Positions 53,917-64,000 of a DNA stretch of 64,000 nt are shown one piece after another. Location: assembly GCA_039545335.1 (NCBI GenBank), contig BCIN01000003.1:1871941-1935940 (forward strand). The letters run 5' to 3'. Both the position numbers and the translations under genes were made by a program. The first letter of the stretch is position 1. Each line of letters opens with the position of its first letter. The notes under the pieces were generated by a model, which was not told where the DNA came from, searched no databases, and saw only the letters and a list, made by a program, of their open reading frames with translations. Source of the stretch: Kondoa subrosea. Its lineage: Eukaryota.

Positions 53917-56900
53917 ATGAGCGACCGCGGATACCTGGTCTGTACATCTAGTCATGCGAATATAGTCGTATCAACTCCTCCTCCTCGGCTGGATAGAGCC
54001 TTTGCAAGAATCCCTTTCTTCTTACAACATGAATTGAGTCGGTACATTTCTGCTGGTGCTTTACAATGGGAAGACTTCAATGCTCCAGACCTGAAACCTT
54101 GGGCGGAAAAGCCAGACCTCAGGACTACATCCGCAAGAGCTGAGCCTGTTGAGTGCCGGAGCTTCTCTGAGTTTCATGGCATGTTGGGCGAGAAGATGCG
54201 AAGCAAACCTAGTCAAACAAGTTTTGTTGTCAATTCACCTCAGTACAATGTAACGCAAGAAGCGGAGACTCTGCATGTTCAGTCATTGAAGAAACAAGAT
54301 TCTGGTATCGATCTCACTACAGCCGTACCGCAAACAACTCGAGTTCCCATCTTCCGTGGTGCATTGTCTCTGATTGAAAACCAAATCCATTTCAAGATAG
54401 CAGCACCAACATGGGACATTTCTACTCGTTTCTACCGGCAATACACTTACAAGCGTTGGCTACGAGTGTGTGTGCAAACGACACTAGAAAGAAGAGCTCA
54501 AGATTTGGATTCAGCTGTTCAAAAAGCGCTGAAAGAATTTCTTCGGCGACCTTTGGTTATTGCCGGTCTACATTATCGAGCTGTCTACCATAAAGATGGC
54601 TCTCTGTTCTTCTTTCTCGAAAAAGGACCAGCTTTCCCTCAAATTACGGATTTCGCTTATCGGCATATCAAATTTGAGCTCAATCCGGATATGACTGTAG
54701 CGAAATTCATTGCTCGGTTTAGCTTGTAAGTAAAGTATCTCATTGGTGTGGCCATTACTCAGATCTTTGCAGAGGATTTTCCAAGACCAAGGCAACAGTC
54801 GAATTCCCTTCTACCGCTTTGCGCCTCGTTCCCGATGTAACATCAACTTCTCTACTTGTTGGTCGGACAATGATGAAAAACATTGCTGCTTCGCTCATGC
54901 TGCACTATGTGCCAAGTTTGTTCTTCTTCAATCGTAGTTCACGGTTAGCAGCTGATCTCCTTGGACAGGTGCGGTTAAGATGAAGACAAAAGATATCGAC
55001 GTCGTCTATGTACTAGACCAATTGCAGAACCTCAACGAATCACAAGATTGGATTACTATCACTTCCGATATGTTTACGCTCAATGGCACCATAGAAGAGT
55101 TCAGACCTACTTTCTCAGCTACTCTTATTGGTGCTGAAGGAGAGGAACCACATACGACGACTTGTCAAATGGCTTTTCATTCAGTTCGCGATCGAGCAAA
55201 ACTAAGAATTCAATCCGGTCAATGGCCTGGAACAGGAGAAGTTATGACAGATGGATGTGCTGCAATAAGTCGGAGCGCTATGATGGAATGTGCCAAGTTC
55301 CTTGGATTGGCGGAAGTACCTAGTGCGGTTCAAGCTAGAATAGGTGGATCTAAAGGAATGTGGTATCTTGATCATGCTTTGGATTCGCGTGTAAGCCCAA
55401 ATACGTCTATAAGCGTACGTCATCGATATTTATTATTAGAGTTACAGCATGACCCGCCCTGGATCGAGATCAGAGAAAGCCAGCACAAGTACAACGAAAG
55501 ACCAGACTTCAAGTATGTCCTCGAAGTTGTTCGGTGGTCTTCGCCTGGCACTACAGCGCAAATTGGTAAACAGATGCTCCAAGTGAGTGTGTATCATCTC
55601 TTCTTCTAATCAGCATTTGACCTCCCGCTCAGGTTCTAGCTGATCGAGGTGTACCAAACAAAATCTTCACCGATCTACTTTGTTCAGCTTTGACCGAGAA
55701 GTTGGAAGATCTGCTCGCTTGGGACGATCCCTCTACGTTGAGGAGAGCAATCGAAATAGCAGGAAGAGTCAAATTTACCCGTGCCAAACTTCCTGCCCCT
55801 GCACCAGACGCGGACGTTCTGCTTCAATCTCGATCGTCACACCGCAACGAAGAAGACGTGGATCTCCGGCGAGAAACAAGTACAGCCAGCTCGGACGATA
55901 TCTTAGGTATCGGGGACGAAACTTTCGATCCGTATAGTGGTCTGCCTCGAACATCAGCGGAGCAAGTGATCGAGATGATTGATAATGGCTTTCAACCTGA
56001 ACAGAATCTTTATATGCAAGCTTGATGATTCCTGTTGTGAACATTGCTGACAGCCAACAATAGGGCAACCAAAATCAAGTCGCTTGTGGAACAAGTTATC
56101 GAGTCTACAACTCGCTTCAATGTCCCTATTGCAAGATCAACTACACTCTATGTTATCGTAGACCCGCTTGGCTGTCTTGCGCCAGATGAAATCTATGTTC
56201 AGCTTAGCGACGGCATACTCGATCCGGACACGATGCAGAAAATCAGGGTCATCACGGGCGATGTATTGGTCACTCGATCGCCTTGCGTTCTGCCAACCGA
56301 CATACGTAAAGTCAAGGCGGTCGATAAGCCAGATCTTCGCGTTTATCATGATGTCGTGGTCTTCCCTCGAAATGGTCATCGGTCCCTGTGTGGACTTCTC
56401 TCGGGAGGTGATTATGATGGAGATACTATCTGCGTAATTTTCGAGCCGACATTGGTCCAGCCTTTTGTCGATGCGGCGGAAAGTTTCGCTGACGCGCCGT
56501 TCAATCCATCAGACTTTTTCACCAGCGATGCAAGAAGTGTTGCTCAATTCTTACTGCCTCTGAAAGGGAACGATAATCGAGCGATCACTGACTGTCTGCT
56601 TGGTCCACTCTTTGCGCCTAGATTCTATGGTCTTATGTCTGAACTGCATACAAGCTTGATCTACACCAAGGGTCTATGCGATCCTCTGACCATCGAGCTT
56701 GCTCACCTGTTCGCGCTTTCTTTGGATGCAGCCAAAGCTGGCAAATGCTTCTTACCAGCTAAAGCTGCTCACTATCGCCGTACGTACACGCCTCCCACCC
56801 GGTAATAGCTCTGATATCTTGTTTGTACGAACAGATCAATATAGTATCATGTCGAAGCCAGCATGGGTTCAGAAGGTGGATCAAATCGAATCTGCCCTTG

Positions 56901-57946
56901 ATGGCTGGACAACGATGAAGCGAGATGAGACGAAAGCTGCAAGACGACCTCGAACTATGGTAGAGCACGTCATGGGTAATTGCTTCGCCATGATACCTGT
57001 TATACCAAGCTGACAGCTTGCTTAGATGCCTTGGCCAAAATTGGAGAGGAAGTCAAAGTTCAGCACAAAGCTGAAATACTCGAACGCGTAGAGCAGTGCG
57101 TGCGATCTTGTGATGCAGACCTAGCGTAAGGCCTCTTGTCTAGTGATATGCATGCCAGCTGATTAGACACCTCGTTAGACGACCCTGGCTCGAATACCAA
57201 CGTAAAGCAGAATCGGAACCTTTGCTCAAACAAGATCTCAGACTGATCGAATTATTAGTCAAGGTTAGAGCTTGTCCCGCTAGTCGAGCATTCACTGACC
57301 TCTAGCTGCTCAGGATCTCGCGAAAAAATATGATATACTGGCATCTTCAGCAGCTAGACGTAACACACCTTCTACAGCGCTAGGGACATTGCAGATTTCA
57401 AATAGCTACGCTGCTTATCAAGCATCGTTGCAGAGTCTTGCAGCAGCCTTCATTACTGGCATCCCAATAGATCAGCTTGAAAGCCAGTACTTCAAAGGCT
57501 GTCCGGATGCGGCCAAGCGCTTGAGAGCAGTAAAGGTTTGTCAGCACCTCAAAATCTTCGTAAGCTGCTCAATGCCAAAGTGCAGGCTTCCGCTGTCTAT
57601 GTCATCATGGTAAGCAAATCATTCTTGATATTCCTTCAGTCGCTTAGCTATCTTATCGCCTGTGCAGTTCAAAGAGATGCAGAAGTTTCCCTCATTCGGG
57701 AGCCGACTTAATTTACCTTATGTCTTGGCTTTTCGAGACTTTCTGGCCTTGAAAGCGGACGCAGTGACAGCTGCTAGCTTAAGTAGGCAGATCGGGACAG
57801 CTAGCGAAGGAGTAAGTTCGCATGTCAATCGCCTGCTATGGACGCATTTGACACCGTTGCAGGCATCAGCTCAAAGAGTAGTACGACCTGTTTGGCTGGA
57901 TTTAGAAACAAGGAAGACGAAAGTGAAAAGAAGAAGAGTTGCTTAG
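53917..57946 (+). CDS. Eukaryotic RNAi RNA-dependent RNA polymerase (QDE-1-like)
   Basis: ARFSLGFSKT, MTDG, PSAVQARIGGSKGMW, DPLGCLAPDEIY, VLVTRSPCVLPTD, VVVFP, LSGGDYDGD catalytic motif, LDAAKAG. Confidence 0.93.
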
Positions 57947-58063
57947 CCCCCGTGCGAAGCGTAAAATAGGAATTCTGGTTCAGTTCGGTTCAGTCCATAA
58001 AATGTTTTATATTAGGTTCATAGCACTTGTACACTTTACAACATCATAGAATTGCACACATTA

Positions 58064-60384
58064 TTATTGGCGTAGTACTTGACCTACTATCTCAGGCAGT
58101 TTATAAGGGGAATCTGAGGGTATCCGCCTCAACAAGTTGGCAGCTGTTGTTCCAAGTTCTTCGCGCGAATTTTCGTGTCCTCGCACCTCCCATTCTGATG
58201 GACTACCTTTGCCAGAGTATTCGAACTGGAAGACCATGTCAGCGGGAGTCTAAATGAGTATGCCAAGAGCTGACCATCACGAGACCTGCAGACCAAGGTC
58301 AGCAACTGTGATGTGGTGACCGAATGATAGCTCACCATTGCCTACTATATTACCCTGCCTATGAAACACCGACACACCTCTAGATACGGCATCAAGTTCC
58401 CAATATTGCGTTCGCAAGGCATAGGTAGCGATCTGCCGGGCAGTCAGCAATTGATCGTCGGTCTTGTTGGATTCCATCCATTGCTTAGTTAGCGACAGAT
58501 AACAGTCGGCGAGCTAATGCAGAGAACATGAGCATATCCTAGAGTGCGAATAAGTGCATCGCCCACCTGCTGTCTTTGCTCTGCTAGTTCTGCTCTTCGT
58601 GCTGTATCTTTCTGTCTGTAATTCTCGCCAGGGACGACTTCTTTGTAATCCCAACTCCATTCTGTCTGGCCGCCCTGTCAATACTCAGTTACGTGAGCTC
58701 TGATAGAGCACAGTGTAGACTATGGCACCGACGAGTTCCGAAATCAAATGTTGCTTCGGTATATGAATAAAAAGATCCTCCGTGTTCTTGGTCTACGATA
58801 TACTCAGCGACGGAATTGAAAGAGCATCAATTGACTTACAAATTGTACTTTCGCTCGAACAACTGGATCAAGCATAGGTGCGACTACCTGTAAATCTTCA
58901 CCTGAGAAAGTACCGGAATGACAGCGAAACGTACGAACCTTCCATATTCCTTGGAAAACCCATGGCGCCGAATGAACAAGTACGCAATTGAGTGACTCAG
59001 GATCTACAGACGAAAATCAGCTTGCATCTACAGAGTACATCAGCAGAGCTCACAGTATGCTTCAAGACACTTGACCAGGAATCTAGACAGTCAAGATCAA
59101 TACAGGCAGAAGCTATATTATAGTTTATTTACCCTCTGAAAAGGTGCAGATCAGAAATCAGCACAAGATATCAAGGAACGAAATCAGACATACAAACAGT
59201 TGTAATCTGTGAACCTCCAAAAAGCGATAAGTCACCTAGGCGACACCTCGCTAGATCTGGACCCACCCATGTTCTTCAATCCGAAACCTACTTGAGATCT
59301 CAACAAGGTTCCTGTAAAGTACAGACTTAAGCTGACCTTCCATATTGCTATAGAATTACATTGAGCATGACATAAAGCTGAGCATACATTACTCACAAGC
59401 ATATCGTGACTTTATCAGCTGGCGGTGTGAGCAAACATCGAACGCATTCCATTGTAATGATGATAAGCTTTTCCAAAGACTGTAGGATACACTCTTTATT
59501 TAGCAGATATCCAGCAACAAGAATCACCACCCACAGCTTGCGGTTGATCTGACTGTTTATGCAAAGCCACGTTGATATACACTATCGGTCTACCAAAATG
59601 GTCAAAGCCTTGAGTATATGACTGTATCTCTATAAACACTTGCAACACATGAACATACGCACGAGTACTCACTTTGCCTATCCTAAGCTGATGAATGAAA
59701 CCTTGAACGTCTTGCATGCCTTCTTCACCCAATTCCACAATCTTATCCACCTCGCTCTCTATCCTCCATTTCAAACAAGCAGCCAACATAGCCGAAGCAG
59801 CATTGGGAACCCATTTCCTAGCTCTCAAAAATCTAAGCATAATAGAATCCGGATCATCCATAGCGATTAATTTCCAATAAGCATTCATGAATTTTTTAGA
59901 TCCGTAAAGTTGTAAAGCTTCTCTAGCAGCTGCAATTTCTCTTTCTGCTCGAACTCTTTCTTTTTCTCCATCATCTTTTGGTGTAGATTTGGTCAAGTCT
60001 TCTCCTCCATTAGGTTTGCTGGATGATCGACCGCCTGAACCTTCTACTGGTGCAGAATAGACTAGTTCGAGAAAGTTCTGCAAGCAGCCTCTGGGTACTG
60101 AGCTGATGTACAGCTAAAGCAACAAGAGACGCTTGCCTTCCAGAACAACTTGAGCTGCCTATCTTGCTCAGCTATACCAAGCAGTATCAGCATGGTCTCA
60201 TCTCGAGAGAGAACATGTGACTAACCTGTAAGCTTGCCAACGACTCCATCCGCTGGAAATGCCAGAAAGTCAATAATGATGCGCGATAGTAGGCGTGAGA
60301 GAGAGCGGACTCGGTAAAGGGTTCGCGCTATTCCATGAGTCAGTAAAGACTCTCTACGAGTGTCCAGAAACGTTACCTGATCAT
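58064..60384 (-). CDS. CRAL-TRIO/Sec14-like lipid-transfer protein (Csr1-like)
   Basis: GVVGKLT.EQ...L..FW, DDPDSIMLRFLRARKW, GRPIVYINV.LH, HSAPWVF..IW, QYWELD; 3' end approximate. Confidence 0.88.
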
Positions 60385-60516
60385 TCTAACTCAAACAGTC
60401 GTAGTAACAGGTGAAACAGATCGAAGCGCGAAATTGTGACACGCATCAAGTCGACCTCAAAGTATTCGAGAAGAGCTATAATCGAGTGAACCCTTGGAAA
60501 TATGATGCATTGCATG

Positions 60517-61364
60517 CTATCGCATTGATTTCGGCGGAGGAAACTTCAATACTTCAGACCTGCCTGCTTCCCCGTATTGCAGCAGCCCAACATAAGGCAT
60601 GATATTGTACTGCAAGCTAAATGTAGCAGTGACGTTTCTGTGGGTTCGAACGACGCTTTTAGCTCTTGGAATGAGCATGAAGAATCAAACCACCCACTTG
60701 AAAGTATCTGTGATTTCCTTGAAAGCATACTTGTTCTTCGCTTCACTTAAAGATATCTTAGCGTCCTTCTTTCTTCTTACTATCCTATCCCAAATAACTA
60801 CTTGATTAACAGGCTGTAAGAGCATCGGCTCCATCAACCAGAACACACTGGTTTACAATGGAGGATGAGCTTACATAGGTACCTGTTTGATATTCTGCTA
60901 CGAAATACACAAAGACCTGCTTTGTGTTCCAATGAAATAAAGGTTGAAGATCTGTTCGATACCGATTTCATATAGAGCTTGATTATATAGCTAAAATGAA
61001 AGGCAGGACGAACCTGCAGAGATATCAAACCTAGCAAAAGCATACTCTCTTTCTTTCCTATCTCTATCATAGTAGTTATTCGACCTCCCAAGCATTCTAA
61101 GAACAGAACATACATAAACATGAGATTTCTACAGAACGCTAGAGGAGGAGTAAGTGAGCTCACACATTCAAGGTATTGACTTTGAGAGAAGCAGGTTGAA
61201 GAGAATGAGGTTGCAAGTAGGAAACGAGTGAGATTGCAGCCAGGACAGTGAACAGAACAGAAGAAGCGAATGTGCTGTCATAGATCACGCCTTAGGGACG
61301 TGTAAAGATAAGCAAATTGGAGCTCATACGAGACTGCATTCAGCCTGGATAGCATGGTATGCAT
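60517..61364 (-). CDS. SPC3: Signal peptidase complex subunit Spc3/SPC22 (missed by the ORF track)
   Basis: Spliced MHTMLSRLNAVSTFASSVL...FDISADLQPLFHWNTKQVFVYFVAEY...NQVVIWDRIV...KNKY...YNIMPYVGLL. Confidence 0.93.
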
Positions 61365-61918
61365 CTTGGGCGAGAAGCGAGGGGATGCGAAATGATGTTC
61401 GCGGTGTCAAGACGAGCCAAGTCAATATTTGTCTCGACAGGGTACAGCGGCAATACACGTATAATAGTTGATGTGCATGCAATTACATATAAAGACATAG
61501 ACAATATGCGACACATGAGGTGCAGTCCAGGCTTGTCCAGCATCTTGTTTCTTGGTGATGCGCAACATTGTCCATCAATGGCACAGTAAAATTTAGCAGC
61601 GAAGTAAGTACCAATGAGATCGGGCTGTGTGATTTCAATCAGCAAACTCTTGAAAATACTGCGGCGAACGAACCCTGCTCATCTCGAATTAAGCTGGATG
61701 CATTGGCTAAATCCAGTTGCGAAGTGAAGAAATACTTGGTGCCAAAGCGAGAGAGGGCAAAGACTTAGACGGAAAGCGAATCATTGCTCATGCTTGTTGT
61801 GAAGCCAGTACTTCTGCAAGTGCCAGGCTCAAGTTTATCGATCGAAGATTCTGTATTCTGTACGACGACGAACTCCTGCCAGTCAGTACTCGACTAAAGC
61901 AGAGGCGATCGTCTTACA

Positions 61919-62624
61919 TTATGATCTGGCATATCCTCCATTGTTCTTGACTAATGACAAGCATTTGACATCTTCTGCCAATCGCCTAGCACAGCTTTCC
62001 AGACTCTCATCTTTCGTTCGCTCCATATCCACAACAGTCTTGAGTGCAGGTAACGCTCCTTTACGTGTTATCGGACCAGGTAAAAGTAAAGAGACTTTGC
62101 GCTTCGAGTATTTAATGACTGAATCCGATTTCATGCTTTCGCCCAATATCTCTATTAAACACACATCAGCAGTCGCCTCAGGTCTGAAAAGAGAATAAGA
62201 CTGAACCTCCTACTAGATCTTCCAACCTCGCACAAGGCTGTAACCAATCGAACAACTCCTTCGGTGCTTGATGACCGATTTCAAGAGGTAAGAGATTCAA
62301 TTCCGATTCTTTCGCTAATCGATTATTGGTGACCATTAAAGCAATGTACAAATCCAAAACCCTCTTCTCCCTTGCTCCGACTAAGGGACCAGAAGTGTAA
62401 GGCCATACTAAATTCGTATTGTATGAAGGGAGGAAAGAGGATCGAAGAATAGCCATGGAGGCTAAGTAGAGTTTCTTGCTCGTCAGACGTACACCAACAT
62501 GCAGATCGTTGAAAGTGCACAGAGAAAGAATTCTTAGTAAGGCATTATCTGGTAGAGCTTCCAGACTTGGTGCTTGCTTGTTGATGTCAGTCTCGCTGTA
62601 GATGGGCGGTATCTCTTCTATCAT
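61919..62624 (-). CDS. F-box-like protein
   Basis: LEALPDNALLRILSLCTFNDLHVGVRLTSKKLY F-box pattern; one intron joins the 61919..62164 exon. Confidence 0.7.
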
Positions 62625-62821
62625 GTACTAATGATGTGGGTATGAGCTGATTCGCAGTTTGGGACAAGAGCCATCTCTTCTCTAATCCACCGCAAAACAA
62701 CATTTCTCGAAGTGTCGCTGTGCCTTGACCCTAGATCAGGGATCCCCTTATTACTACTGCTTCAGGGACCACCGACGCAAAGCTTACACCTCGACTGCCT
62801 TCTCGAGACGGTGTGCCTACA

Positions 62822-63791
62822 ATGAGCGCACCGGAGTGGAAACTTGCTTCAGTGATTGATGAATCTGGAGCTCATATTGGCGACATTCAGTCTCCCTTGG
62901 GATCCATTCTCCAATGCGTTTTTGCATGGCTCACCAACCCAACCTCTCCAGATGCGGCCAAGATGCAGTCACTTTACATTCCAGCTCATTGCAATTACGA
63001 ACAAGATATGATCGTCTACAGCTCTAGTCATCCCGCTTATAGAGCTGCTCAACTCCAGAACATTAGACACGATTTCGACTCGCTAGCCAAGATTGTCTCA
63101 GTATGTCATACTATTGAAAAAGCAGATGATCTCTTTGGCTTCATCAAAACAAAGCGAAACTCATCTGAAGCACCGGAATTATGTTTTACTACTTCAGCTC
63201 TTCAGATGTTGTCTCTTTCAAGGAGTGATGAGGAACGTCAGCACATTTACATGGCAATCTTCCTTGTCTGCTTCCGCGAATTAGAGCACCTTTTGGGTCG
63301 CTGGGTCAGTTTTACTGGACTTTCAAGTCACATTACGAGACTAACAACTGTCCTGTGTCAAACAGAAACGGGATTTTGTTCAAAGGTACCCCAATCAGGT
63401 CTTCAGTGACAACAGGTCGGACATCAGGGCATGGAGAGGAAGGCGGAGGGCTGATTGAGAACAAGCTAATTGATGGAGGACTCCAATCGTGGAATATCAG
63501 TGGAGATAGTAAGACAGGCTTTCTCTGCATTCTGCTCAAAATCACCTCATACTAGAGCCAATAGAGCACAGTCCTGATCCCATTCTTGGGTATCGCTACT
63601 ATCAGTTTCAAGCTACAGTGCCTAATTCCTCTCAGCCTGATTATCACGTCCTCTCTGATTCCGACGTGCACTTGGTGTTGGAATACCTGCTCGACCCCGC
63701 AAGCGGTTACTGCCCGGTGCCATTCTTCCACCCTCCTGCCAAGATCAGAGTGCACAGCATTGCTGTTAAGTGGCATGATGGCCGCCGCTAG
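62822..63791 (+). CDS. Hypothetical protein with degenerate zincin-like motif (RELEH...GEEGG..E); possibly a pseudogene
   Basis: Long first exon ending FRELEHLL; downstream TP...GEEGGGLIENKLIDG; the first intron does not phase with its best splice sites. Confidence 0.5.
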
Positions 63792-63950
63792 TGTATCAGT
63801 TTTTGCTTATCCTTTCACGCTGCAAGTTTCGGCTTCGACAACGAATGATACTTTGCTTGCCCTCAATCGACGCGGAATACAGCATACATCATCACTTCAG
63901 CATTCCTCACCGATATCTCACTCCGAGACCGACTCACCCACACTTTCAAA

Positions 63951-63988
63951 CGATAATGACACTGTCACTCGATAATGACACTGTCACT
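63951..63988. repeat. Exact 19-bp tandem duplication (CGATAATGACACTGTCACT x2), each unit containing the palindrome TGACA-C-TGTCA
   Basis: Read directly. Confidence 0.9.
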
Positions 63989-64000
63989 ACTCCTGCTTCT

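Noticed and set aside
53917..57946. RdRP as an endogenised viral polymerase
   Set aside because: DxDGD two-barrel cellular type with spliceosomal introns, not a GDD palm-domain viral enzyme
60834..61163. 109-aa ORF in the track
   Set aside because: Off-frame reading through SPC3 exons and introns
61380..61900. Short Cys-rich ORFs between SPC3 and the F-box gene
   Set aside because: No coherent exon structure or family on either strand
63586..63975. ORF apparently truncated by the 19-bp duplication
   Set aside because: Non-ATG start and out of frame with the upstream gene's last exon, so the duplication cannot be called a coding frameshift
1..64000. tRNA/rRNA genes, transposons, CRISPR arrays, biosynthetic clusters
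   Set aside because: None recognised by eye; tRNAscan-SE, Infernal and RepeatModeler would be needed to exclude small or degenerate elements

Overview
Eukaryotic nuclear DNA from a gene-dense, very intron-rich fungus. The protein sequences and the short (~50-60 nt) introns with CTRAY-type branch points point to a basidiomycete, possibly Pucciniomycotina (inference). About 30 protein-coding genes were reconstructed by manual splicing; the supplied ORF track shows only exon fragments and misses some genes, such as SPC3 and the HSP12/GRG1 gene. Recognisable genes: SH3BGR-like, PEX16, synaptojanin-like 5-phosphatase, SMD2, TUF1, RPL31, a YOR389W-like secreted protein, NADAR, a DMT transporter, THO1, WDR6/TRM734, DMC1, a class III CoA-transferase, an MBL-fold hydrolase, RPS23, GCN5, DBP10, QTRT1, FUN30/SMARCAD1, TM9SF/EMP70, MSY1, a QDE-1-like RdRP, a CRAL-TRIO protein, SPC3 and an F-box protein, plus several orphans. 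No RNA genes, transposons or CRISPR arrays could be supported. Most notable observations: (1) the 20-exon DMC1 gene has two consecutive introns with non-canonical termini (TT donor, GG acceptor) flanking the L2-loop exon; (2) a 12-exon gene fuses Hsp12 and Grg1 stress proteins in frame; (3) the RdRP carries a degenerate, gapless ~60-aa internal duplication of its first barrel segment; (4) SMD2 needs a 2-nt microexon; (5) an orphan secreted protein is built from three ~95-aa repeats. Exon boundaries were read by eye and may be off by a few bases.
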